Origin: a virus
Lineage: Duplodnaviria > Caudoviricetes
DNA: 64,000 bases
IMG/VR virus record: IMGVR_UViG_3300021255_000140
Location: 39,513-103,512 of that record
Strand: one strand, 5' to 3'
In this document: positions 27,168-35,641 of the stretch, piece after piece
Layout: each line of letters opens with the position of its first letter
Numbering within the stretch: the first letter of the stretch is position 1
Made by a program: the position numbers and the translations under genes
The notes under the pieces: model-generated
What the model saw: only the letters and a program-made list of their open reading frames with translations
Database searches by the model: none
Told to the model about the DNA's origin: nothing

Positions 27168-28031
27168 ATGACAGAGAAATTGCAGAAGAAAGTGGACATG
27201 GCTATCAAACTCATTCAAAGTGCGAGTAAGATAGCGAAGGAAAATGGTTGTCCTGAGATAGAGGTGTGCTATTCATCGGGCAAAGACTCAGACGTTATCC
27301 TTGAACTCACGAAGATGTCTGGTGTGCCGTATAGGGCAATTTACAAGAATACAGGAATTGACCCCAATGGCACTATTAGACACGCACGAGAGAATTGTGT
27401 TGAGGTAATGCCACCGAAGGAGAAGTTTATAAGATTAATGGAGAAAAAAGGCTATCCAAGTCGGCGAAACCGCTATTGTTGCCAATACTTGAAGGAATAC
27501 AAGATACTTGACTACGCGATTCTTGGCATAAGACAAGACGAAAGCGTAAATAGGCGCAAAAGGTATAATGAGCCAGAGCAATGCCGTGAATATAGCAAAA
27601 AAGAAAAGTGCCGTCAATACTTTCCAATTCTTTATTGGACGAAAATGGATGTATTGGAATTTATCAAGGAACGTGGCATAAAGCTTCACCCTCTTTACTA
27701 TGATGAGCAAGGGAGTATAGACATCAATGCACGACTCGGTTGTCAATGTTGCCCGATGGCAAGTTACAAGCGTAGACTTGAAGAGTTCAAGAAGTACCCT
27801 AATATGGTCAAACTTTACGTTCGTGGGGGGGGGTATTATTTATGTAAGCACCCCAATTCTAAGATTACACAACTTGTCAAGGATGAATATGAGTTCTTTT
27901 GCTTCGATGTATTTAGTTTGAGAAACAATATGCAATTCCAAGACATGTTCGGTGGCAACAACTTGTTTGGCGAAAAGATAGACTGCAAGAAGTTCCTTGA
28001 GGACTACTTCAATATTAAGTTCAAAGAGTAA
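27168..28031 (+). CDS. PAPS reductase-family protein
   Basis: PP-loop SSGKDS, RYCCQYLKE, GIRQDES..R, PIL.WT..DV, RLGCQCCP. Confidence 0.9.
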   Translation: MTEKLQKKVDMAIKLIQSASKIAKENGCPEIEVCYSSGKDSDVILELTKMSGVPYRAIYKNTGIDPNGTIRHARENCVEVMPPKEKFIRLMEKKGYPSRRNRYCCQYLKEYKILDYAILGIRQDESVNRRKRYNEPEQCREYSKKEKCRQYFPILYWTKMDVLEFIKERGIKLHPLYYDEQGSIDINARLGCQCCPMASYKRRLEEFKKYPNMVKLYVRGGGYYLCKHPNSKITQLVKDEYEFFCFDVFSLRNNMQFQDMFGGNNLFGEKIDCKKFLEDYFNIKFKE

Positions 28032-28040
28032 AATAGAAGA

Positions 28041-28280
28041 TTGACGATTATGGAAACTATTTGGCATGACCTACGAAAGAAACCAAAACCATACGAATAT
28101 GTGCTTGTAGAAACGTATACCGATCATTATCCGTATAGAATTTGCTTGGTTGATGAAGATGGTATCTGGAGAGACGCTTATAAGACATCTTACTTCTTTC
28201 CGAATTCTTGTGGAAAAATGTTGTATCGTGGCAATGATTTTAGAGTTAAAAAATGGGCTTATATAGAAGATATTAAATAG
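28041..28280 (+). CDS. DUF551-like phage protein
   Basis: WHD...P...VLV...KKWAYIED. Confidence 0.55.
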   Translation: MTIMETIWHDLRKKPKPYEYVLVETYTDHYPYRICLVDEDGIWRDAYKTSYFFPNSCGKMLYRGNDFRVKKWAYIEDIK

Positions 28281-28288
28281 TAACGCTT

Positions 28289-28642
28289 ATGGAACTGAAA
28301 TACAACGATGTGTTTTTCCACATCAACCGATGGTATTGGGGTGAAAGTGTTGACATAGTTAAGGATGACGGCACTGCAATAGTGTGCGTCAAGTTTGACG
28401 AAAAGACGTTCCCGAAGACAGGATATATATGCGACTTGTCTGTTATTGTGACTGAAAGAAGAAAAGGTCTTGGGCAGAAAATGATTAGGTATGCGCTAAT
28501 ATGCTGCGAAGACCACGGAATGACTTTTGCCCGTTTGCATGTTGAAGCAAAGAAAATTTGGCTTAGAGAATGGTATGAGCGACTTGGGTTCAAGGAACTT
28601 TCGAGAGATGAAAATGAGCTGGAAATGATAAAAGAACTGTAA
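28289..28642 (+). CDS. GNAT acetyltransferase
   Basis: LSV...RRKGLGQKM (acetyl-CoA motif A), WYERLGF. Confidence 0.85.
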   Translation: MELKYNDVFFHINRWYWGESVDIVKDDGTAIVCVKFDEKTFPKTGYICDLSVIVTERRKGLGQKMIRYALICCEDHGMTFARLHVEAKKIWLREWYERLGFKELSRDENELEMIKEL

Positions 28643-29032
28643 ATGGTAAAAATAGATTTTAAGACACCCTATTATGATTACAAAGTCACGCTTATCCAAG
28701 TAGAAAGCGAAAAAGACACAGATGCTGTGTGCAACCTATTGGCGAAACATAAAATAGGGAAAGAATACATTGACAATGCACGGGAATATATAACAGAAGG
28801 TTATCGCAATGGCGGCGAAACTTATTGGAATCGTCGCACAAAAAGGATTATTTGCTTATTTTATGAGTTTTTAAGCGAAACGTATAGGGCTAATGTATAT
28901 TCTCATGAGAAGCGTCATGTAGAAGATAGAATATTGCAACATTGCAAGGTGGAAGATATTGAATCAAGTGCGTACCTTGCTGGCTTTCTTGGTGAGAAGT
29001 TTAATGAATTATGGAAAAAGACAACGAAATGA
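28643..29032 (+). CDS. HExxH metallopeptidase-like protein
   Basis: SHEKRH...ESSAYLAGFL. Confidence 0.6.
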   Translation: MVKIDFKTPYYDYKVTLIQVESEKDTDAVCNLLAKHKIGKEYIDNAREYITEGYRNGGETYWNRRTKRIICLFYEFLSETYRANVYSHEKRHVEDRILQHCKVEDIESSAYLAGFLGEKFNELWKKTTK

Positions 29033-29173
29033 TTATGGAACAAAAAGAATTAAAAACCATCAAAGACTATAAGAAATCCTTTCTTCAACTTGCGAATGAT
29101 TGCAAAAAGCATTTCGGTGCAGATAAAATAGAAATATATATTGATGATAATGTTAGAATAGAATTTAGATAAT

Positions 29174-29419
29174 ATGGAAACAAAACTAAATGACAACGAA
29201 GTAAGAGAAATTGCTGAAATGCAGAAAAAGATAGATTCTTACGAAGGATTTATCTATGCTGTGTATGCGATGATGTTAAGCGAAAGAGAAATTAAATTTC
29301 CGCTATTTACCGGCACCAATTTAGATAAGGAAATGATTGGAATTTTGCAATGGATTAAAACACATAAAGAATACAAAAACGAAAATGCCAAACAACAATT
29401 ATCTGTTAGAAATGCTTGA
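29174..29419 (+). CDS. hypothetical protein
   Basis: 81 aa ORF in the operon. Confidence 0.5.
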   Translation: METKLNDNEVREIAEMQKKIDSYEGFIYAVYAMMLSEREIKFPLFTGTNLDKEMIGILQWIKTHKEYKNENAKQQLSVRNA

Positions 29420-29783
29420 AAACTCAATTACTGATGAACAGCGAAACCTTTTAGAGGATAGTTTCATTAGAATGATTGAGGATGGCAGTAAAAGAAAACG
29501 CCATATAATAGCATACCTATACTTGTGGGAATCTGTAATGGAAAACATAACTCTTCGTGAGGCTTTTGAGAGATACGCATGGATAGAGAAACCTTGCAAA
29601 CGAGATACAAGATACAACAACACAAATATGATGTACACAATGCTTGAAAAGTTTGAAGCACCATATTGCGAATCGATAATAACTCTAATACCGAGAGACC
29701 ACCCATCAGAATGTAAGATGCCTTACCAAGAAGCATCCCTTGAAATGGTTGAGTTGTTTAAGGAAATCTTGCATATACCATAA
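29337..29783 (+). CDS. hypothetical protein (start probably MPNNN)
   Basis: 148 aa ORF, last gene of the plus-strand operon. Confidence 0.55.
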   Translation: MEFCNGLKHIKNTKTKMPNNNYLLEMLENSITDEQRNLLEDSFIRMIEDGSKRKRHIIAYLYLWESVMENITLREAFERYAWIEKPCKRDTRYNNTNMMYTMLEKFEAPYCESIITLIPRDHPSECKMPYQEASLEMVELFKEILHIP

Positions 29784-29830
29784 AGAAAGCCGTGATTTTG
29801 GCATTTTAAGCCTTGTCACGGCACTTTCTT
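29783..29830. terminator. convergent bidirectional terminator
   Basis: aagaaagccgtga...tcacggcactttcttt hairpin between convergent genes. Confidence 0.55.
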
Positions 29831-29871
29831 TACAACAACATATAAATACACCTTTTTCAAATAAAAACGCC

Positions 29872-30207
29872 TTATTCGGTTTTATTTTTATTTTCTTCTA
29901 TTTCAAAATCCTTTTCTTCCAATTTTGGCATTGGCGTTGTCCCGAAACCACCTCCATTGAACATAGAGCCGATAATGCCCAAACCGAACAAGTCAAACAA
30001 ACCGTTATTCCCAAATTGGAACTTTTCACCCCAAAGCAAATTACACAAAGTGCCAAGGTGTGCTTCTGTTGTCATCTTGTCGTTTTGATACTTTTTCTTG
30101 TCGAATTCGTCGAGTTTGTAAAACTCATCTGAGTAACAGAATTTTGTTTTTTCTACAAGACTATCAAGTGTTATCTTGTATTCTTCTAAAAGTTTTTCTC
30201 TTTCCAT
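29872..30207 (-). CDS. hypothetical protein (crAss001_48-like)
   Basis: EYKITLDSLVEK.KF..SDEF.KLD. Confidence 0.5.
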   Translation of the reverse strand: MEREKLLEEYKITLDSLVEKTKFCYSDEFYKLDEFDKKKYQNDKMTTEAHLGTLCNLLWGEKFQFGNNGLFDLFGLGIIGSMFNGGGFGTTPMPKLEEKDFEIEENKNKTE

Positions 30208-30230
30208 AAATAAAAAATTGTTTTATTAGT

Positions 30231-30620
30231 TTATTTGCAAGGTTCTCCTACGGCTTCTACGAACTGGCGCATCAGGAAACCTGCAAGATACGCCGCATCT
30301 TCAGACCAATATGGTACATCGTATGTGTCTATGATGTGAACTGCCGTGTGTGCAAGTTCATGGGCAACACTATCCCAGAATTGGCTCGGACGAGTAGCCG
30401 CACTTATGTATATGGCAGACATCCTAATCGTTTCTTTACTAATTGTCATGGCAGTATTGTAGTTAGACAATATGTTTAATGCTTTTTCAGCATTGCGTAT
30501 CGTCATGCCGAAACTACGCATCTGCTCAACAAGTTCTTCGTGCTCGTAATCGGTGTCAAAATTCCAAATCACTACAACGCCCCATTCATTGTTGGGAAAC
30601 TTCAAATATGCCTGTTTCAT
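30231..30620 (-). CDS. HExxH metallopeptidase-like protein
   Basis: AHELAH...EDAAYLAGFL; related to 28643-29032. Confidence 0.65.
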   Translation of the reverse strand: MKQAYLKFPNNEWGVVVIWNFDTDYEHEELVEQMRSFGMTIRNAEKALNILSNYNTAMTISKETIRMSAIYISAATRPSQFWDSVAHELAHTAVHIIDTYDVPYWSEDAAYLAGFLMRQFVEAVGEPCK

Positions 30621-30629
30621 GTTTTTATG

Positions 30630-31028
30630 CTATATAAAATCTTCCCAATAGATTGGTATGCCCGCATTGCGCATCTTGGTGACAAAACAATCAAGCACAT
30701 TTTCCGGCTGCCCATCTGGATCGCATAGTGTTTCTTCCACAAAAGAAGCGCGCAATTCATCTGTCTTGCAAGTCTTTTGGTAGTCTGCAACAGCCATATT
30801 GAACAAGTACCATGCCGTGTAAATAAATTCACTCGGCAATTCAATTTCATTTTCTTCCAACACTTGCTTGACATCTTCGACTTTGCGCACTACAATAGAT
30901 TTCATCGTCTTTGTAGCTGGGTCTTTGGCTTTCATCTTTGAGATTGCCCACTCTGCCAATTTCTTGCTAAAAAGACCATGATACATATCTTCATATATCG
31001 CTCTTTCTTCTGAAATATAATGTTTCAT
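30630..31028 (-). CDS. conserved phage hypothetical protein
   Basis: FSKKLAEWAISKM...DPDG...GIPIYWEDFI. Confidence 0.7.
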   Translation of the reverse strand: MKHYISEERAIYEDMYHGLFSKKLAEWAISKMKAKDPATKTMKSIVVRKVEDVKQVLEENEIELPSEFIYTAWYLFNMAVADYQKTCKTDELRASFVEETLCDPDGQPENVLDCFVTKMRNAGIPIYWEDFI

Positions 31029-31102
31029 TCTTTTATAATTCTTTACAATATTTGCAAGGATTGGATAGAATTATAAAAACTACCCAATCCTTTTGCTATT
31101 TA

Positions 31103-31336
31103 TTACATATACCTCCCACGGGAATCTCTTTGGCGACGATAATCCATTTCATCCATATCATCCTCGGAATCTTCCCATCCGTGGCGATAGCCTTCACGAT
31201 AGCCATCACGATAATTCGTTCCACTACCATAATTACGATAGTTGCCGCTACCGCTACGCATATTGCGCCTCATTTGTTGACGCATCTGCTGCTTGCTTTG
31301 TTCTTCATCTTTATCGATAAATATCCAACCAGACAT
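31103..31336 (-). CDS. small Arg/Gly/Met-rich disordered protein
   Basis: MSGWIFI...YRDGYREGYRHG...RRQRDSRGRYM. Confidence 0.6.
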   Translation of the reverse strand: MSGWIFIDKDEEQSKQQMRQQMRRNMRSGSGNYRNYGSGTNYRDGYREGYRHGWEDSEDDMDEMDYRRQRDSRGRYM

Positions 31337-31376
31337 AATGTTGTTTCCTTTCTTTGTTATTTGGATAAAAACAGGT

Positions 31377-31913
31377 TCAGGAAGCAGAACTTCCATTTAA
31401 TTGTCTTAGGATAGAAAGCATTTCGGTGTTTTGAGCCTTTAACTCTGCAAGTTGTTGCTCTTGTTGAGCCTGCTTGTCCTTCAATGTCTGTATTACCCTT
31501 GCATTTTGTTTGTTCTCTGCATATTGAGGGTTAAGCACTTCAAGCATTTTTTCGCTTTCAGAAATAACTCCCTTGTGATAAGGGACCTGCTCGATGGCTT
31601 TCTTTGAAGTCTGCAACATGGCATCCACAGCTTGTAACATTGCTTCACGACTGCCACTAAATGTTTCATTCCCCCTTGCGGCTATTTCTACGTTAATAGG
31701 AATATCCGTAAATGTCTCGTCTTTGCCGTTAAGCGTAACCGTGACATCAATTACTTGCTGCATTTGAACACCAGCCATAATGTTTGGTGTCTGTGTCGGA
31801 AACTTTGCCCTCGGTTGTGTCTTTGATTTTACAACACCAACTTCCAATATAGGTTTTTCACCTTTCCTTAAAACATAAAATGGAGTACCACTTCCTAAAC
31901 TGTTAAAATCCAT
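31377..31913 (-). CDS. conserved phage hypothetical protein with C-terminal coiled coil
   Basis: 178 aa ORF in the operon. Confidence 0.7.
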   Translation of the reverse strand: MDFNSLGSGTPFYVLRKGEKPILEVGVVKSKTQPRAKFPTQTPNIMAGVQMQQVIDVTVTLNGKDETFTDIPINVEIAARGNETFSGSREAMLQAVDAMLQTSKKAIEQVPYHKGVISESEKMLEVLNPQYAENKQNARVIQTLKDKQAQQEQQLAELKAQNTEMLSILRQLNGSSAS

Positions 31914-31950
31914 TGTTGTTAATACTTTTGATTGTTAAATAAGTTTGTTA

Positions 31951-32292
31951 CTATACTATCGTTCTTGACATAAGCGCCAATATCCCATTGAATCGGTCAT
32001 TGAGCACTTCCATAACACTCACGTTAAGAATGTCCGCAACAGTCACCGCCGTGCCATTTGGCAATGTCAATGGTCTTGTCACACCATTCAAAGTAAGTGT
32101 CACTGGCAACGTGGTAGTTGCATCCGATGGAATAGGATTTTCCATACGAATGGTAAAATACCCTATCGGCTTAATATTACGCCAGCCAAGTGCGATATTA
32201 ACCGATTCCGTACCAACGGTAACTTGTGTGTTAGAAATGTAAGGCTGACCACCTGCATTTATTGTTATATTGCAATTACAATTACAACTCAT
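31951..32292 (-). CDS. small beta-rich protein
   Basis: MSCNCNCN...TLPVTLTLNG. Confidence 0.65.
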   Translation of the reverse strand: MSCNCNCNITINAGGQPYISNTQVTVGTESVNIALGWRNIKPIGYFTIRMENPIPSDATTTLPVTLTLNGVTRPLTLPNGTAVTVADILNVSVMEVLNDRFNGILALMSRTIV

Positions 32293-32316
32293 ACTTTAAC
32301 CTCCTTTAGCCTTAAA

Positions 32317-33255
32317 TCAAAATACTATATTTCCATTACCAAAGCCATTGCCATAGTAACCGCCATAGAAACCGCCAATGTAAGGTGTGGTATTCACAGC
32401 CTGAATCTGCGGCCATTGAACGGGTACAGTCGGAAGTTGCTTATCGGCAATCTCCGTAACCTTTGCCTGCAATGGAGCAATCAGTGAATTAACATAGCCC
32501 GTAATCTGGGCAGTCTGATTTGCGTTGTCTATCTGACCGCGAAGCTGGGTTATGATGTCAGCCTGTGTATCAATCTTTGCCTGCATATCACGCTCACGGG
32601 CTGCGCAGAACTGGTCGTTCATTGCAACGGTCTGTGCGTTGATTGCATTAAGCAACGAATTGGTATTGCGGTCTGCCTGTGAACCGAGCTGATTAGTCTG
32701 GTTGAGGGTTGCTATCTGAGATTGGTAGCCCTGCTCCATAATCTGCTTCTGTGTTTGGCAACAACAGTTTTGCAAGGTGCTTGCAAGATTTGCATCACCA
32801 GCCTGCACTGCATTAATCAGTTGCAATGTTGACATACCTTGTGCATTTGCAATCTGGTTTAGGGTGTTCTGGGCAGACTGAATACCACCGTTCAAGAGGT
32901 TAAAGTCTTGACCTACCATTGTACTCATGGTTTGAATGGCTGTGCGTGCCGCCTCGCCCTGTGCGGTAATAGCGTTCATAATCAACTCACGACCGCTATC
33001 ATTGTTCAACTGATTGCTAATGAAGCCTGCGCCTCCTGCGCCTCCGAATCCGTTACCGCCAAAGCCAAAGCCGCCTCCGTTCCATCCAAAGAGTGAAGCG
33101 ATAATGGCTACACCAAGGAGGTCATAGATTCCATTCATTCCGTTACCGAAACCAAAACCATTGTTTCCCATGCCGCCGAAACCGATGGGAATAGAAAACG
33201 GGATAGATGTATTGCCGCCATTCCCGTTCTCGGGTAATTGATAAATTTCTGCCAT
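32317..33255 (-). CDS. Gly-rich, hydrophobic-segment, CCC-motif coiled-coil protein
   Basis: GFG repeats around a hydrophobic helix, LQNCCCQT, Q/N-rich coiled coil. Confidence 0.75.
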   Translation of the reverse strand: MAEIYQLPENGNGGNTSIPFSIPIGFGGMGNNGFGFGNGMNGIYDLLGVAIIASLFGWNGGGFGFGGNGFGGAGGAGFISNQLNNDSGRELIMNAITAQGEAARTAIQTMSTMVGQDFNLLNGGIQSAQNTLNQIANAQGMSTLQLINAVQAGDANLASTLQNCCCQTQKQIMEQGYQSQIATLNQTNQLGSQADRNTNSLLNAINAQTVAMNDQFCAARERDMQAKIDTQADIITQLRGQIDNANQTAQITGYVNSLIAPLQAKVTEIADKQLPTVPVQWPQIQAVNTTPYIGGFYGGYYGNGFGNGNIVF

Positions 33256-33387
33256 GATTTTTCTGTTATAGTTTTTTTGAGAATTATGTTTACATTGCCA
33301 ATGCGCATTGACAATGTAAAATTAGGCAGAACAAATACCTTTAGTTTTTTATTTTCAGTGTTTTAGGTTTCAAAATATGACACCATT

Positions 33388-33624
33388 TCAGATGTCTTTT
33401 GAAAGTCTTCGCAACACTCTTTCTATGGTTGCTTCGCTTACATTGTATTTATCAGACAAGAACATTATAGCAACATTGTATTTCGTGCCATTTTTCCTCA
33501 TACAATTGAACTCATCATACATGTTAGCATATTTCCAATCGTCTATTTTTATATCATTTTCTGACATCTTTTTTAATAATTCACGACATAATTTTAATAG
33601 TTCTGCGTTTTTCATTTTGTGCAA
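33388..33624 (-). CDS. small HTH transcription regulator (Mor-like)
   Basis: LSDKYNVSEATIERVLRRL. Confidence 0.65.
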   Translation of the reverse strand: MHKMKNAELLKLCRELLKKMSENDIKIDDWKYANMYDEFNCMRKNGTKYNVAIMFLSDKYNVSEATIERVLRRLSKDI

Positions 33625-33653
33625 TTAAATTTAATTATTAACTTTGCACCCGT

Positions 33654-33752
33654 CACCACCAACTATAATAAGCAATAATGCCTACAGTCTCATGAGGGGT
33701 TATCATCCCCCGACGATGATGCTGTAGGCATTTATATAATAAGTTGGTGGTG
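33654..33752 (+). ncRNA. putative long-hairpin small RNA
   Basis: Nested stems caccaccaact/agttggtggtg, aatgcctacag/ctgtaggcatt and gggg/cccc, directly after the TAACTTTG promoter (33639-33646). Confidence 0.5.
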
Positions 33753-33807
33753 CTTCTTGTTATATGTAGTCGGGGAATTTTTATTTACCCCCGTACATAT
33801 ACGACTA

Positions 33808-34338
33808 TTATGGCGGATAAAGTCTGTAGCTTATACCTATGCCGATAAACGGCTCAAATCTCCGGCTGATTATGCCGAAGCCGTAGCCGCCGACAACGCC
33901 GACGGACATTCTCGGCTGTTTCATGCGTATAGTGTTGGTAATTGTCCTCTGATATACCCTGATGCTGTCAAGCTGTGGCATATAACCGCTCACCCATGCG
34001 TCGTATGCGCTGTCCATGTAGTGCTTCTGCGTGACGGGAAGAACCACGCTCACACTGTCGCTGTCAACTGCCAGTGCATGGCATGGCTCCCCGTGCATAA
34101 TTTCCGCTGAATTTTGCGCATAATTTTTGCTTGTTTCTGTGTCTTTTTTTACAGGCACAACGACTTTTATGTATCTTACCACTGCGCTGTCCCTTGCCAC
34201 CGGCATGTCATACCTTACTGTATCGATGACGGTGTCCCTGACGCTCTCGCCGTCAGTACGCTCTTCTTTCTCCCGAAGACAGGCTCCGACGGCACATCCT
34301 AAGAGGAAAGACGCTATCCAGTATATTATCTTTTGCAT
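33808..34338 (-). CDS. lysis-associated membrane protein (spanin-like)
   Basis: N-terminal TM segment, DTV repeats, C-terminal beta-hairpin GYG...PFIGIGISY; follows the endolysin. Confidence 0.6.
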   Translation of the reverse strand: MQKIIYWIASFLLGCAVGACLREKEERTDGESVRDTVIDTVRYDMPVARDSAVVRYIKVVVPVKKDTETSKNYAQNSAEIMHGEPCHALAVDSDSVSVVLPVTQKHYMDSAYDAWVSGYMPQLDSIRVYQRTITNTIRMKQPRMSVGVVGGYGFGIISRRFEPFIGIGISYRLYPP

Positions 34339-34805
34339 ATCTGTCCTTTTGCGTCAACGTAGTAAACCTCTCTTCCCAGCCACATGTTCGCCTCCGCGCA
34401 TCTGCGCCGTTTCAGTCCGAGCAGTGGCTTGCCTCCGGCGTTATGCCACCTTACCATCTGGTCAGTGATGTCTATGTCAGCATTTTTTGCGACGATGTAT
34501 CTCTTCATCGTGGAAGAGTTGAATTTTCCTATTCCAAGATTGAACATCCAGGAGCAGAGCGCATCAAACTGTCCCTGACGGAAGTTGATACCCATGCCGT
34601 TTAGCATCTTCTCTATAGGTATGATGTCCTCTTTGAACAGGTCTTCGGCTTGTTTCTGTGTGATGGCCATGCCCATGTACACGCCCTTTGTATGCCCATA
34701 CCCTATTGTCGGGACACCTACACTATCTCTATATGCGTACAATTTGAGTTCTTCAAACTTCTTTATAAAATCGATACCTGTCTGTGAGAGTGTCATGAGC
34801 ATCAT
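34326..34805 (-). CDS. endolysin, GH24 lysozyme
   Basis: IKKFEEL.L.AY.DSVGVPTIGYGHT, QFDAL.S..FNLG, GLKRRR.AE. Confidence 0.95.
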   Translation of the reverse strand: MMLMTLSQTGIDFIKKFEELKLYAYRDSVGVPTIGYGHTKGVYMGMAITQKQAEDLFKEDIIPIEKMLNGMGINFRQGQFDALCSWMFNLGIGKFNSSTMKRYIVAKNADIDITDQMVRWHNAGGKPLLGLKRRRCAEANMWLGREVYYVDAKGQICKR

Positions 34806-35269
34806 TTCTTCTTAATGTTGTGAATGTTCTGTATTGACTCTATCAGAGCTTCCGCATCTTTTTCCCTCGCACACTTGACTATATCTTTGGCGAGCTCAGG
34901 AATGAGGCCTGCACCGCTCTTTTTTCTCTTATTGTTTTCAAAAACAGACCATCCTTCGATGAAAATACTCCCGATACCTATTACTATTTCAATAAAAGGC
35001 AAATAGTAGAAAGAGAAAAGGCTACCTATCATATCAACGAACAAGAAAGGCAACATGACACCGGCATAGTCTTTTATCTTTTGCATCGTGTCGCGCAAAC
35101 CATGAGAGTGTATCTTCTGGCCTAAAGCCTTCGCTGTACTGACTCCGCTATACAAGTCAACAATGCAGGCTATCGCCATACTCGTCCATACAAAGAAGAT
35201 GATACCTGCCCAGAGGACAAGTCTCAGTTCTATGCTATCCCAGTCCTTCGCAATTATCAATTCAAACAT
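34802..35269 (-). CDS. holin
   Basis: Three TM segments, VDLYSGV..AK, S.GLR.T..K, IEGWSVFEN; adjacent to the lysozyme. Confidence 0.8.
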   Translation of the reverse strand: MFELIIAKDWDSIELRLVLWAGIIFFVWTSMAIACIVDLYSGVSTAKALGQKIHSHGLRDTMQKIKDYAGVMLPFLFVDMIGSLFSFYYLPFIEIVIGIGSIFIEGWSVFENNKRKKSGAGLIPELAKDIVKCAREKDAEALIESIQNIHNIKKK

Positions 35270-35272
35270 ACG

Positions 35273-35641
35273 CTATGCCTTTTTATGTCCGAAAATCTCA
35301 TAGAACTTGTCGATGATGGCTGATATTGCTGGCCAATCATATACACCGTTGCTCGCTCCTCCAGCCAAAAGACCAGTGGCGGCGGCAAGAGCATAGTCCC
35401 AACCACCGAGACCAAATGTCAGACCGCCACATGCGCATGTAACGACAGCGCCTATTACCGCGACTACCCAAGAAATGATGTGCTTGACATTGTTGTTCTC
35501 AATGTTGAAAGCACCGTTAATCATTCCTGTCAATACCATCGTGCCTGCGATGATTGAAGGCACGCTCACTGAAACCTGCTTGATTAAATCAAGAATTGTA
35601 ATTACATCATTCATAATAAATTTGTTAAGGGGGTTAAACAA
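35273..35641 (-). CDS. holin-like membrane protein
   Basis: Multiple TM segments, GL.AGGASNGVYD. Confidence 0.6.
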   Translation of the reverse strand: MFNPLNKFIMNDVITILDLIKQVSVSVPSIIAGTMVLTGMINGAFNIENNNVKHIISWVVAVIGAVVTCACGGLTFGLGGWDYALAAATGLLAGGASNGVYDWPAISAIIDKFYEIFGHKKA

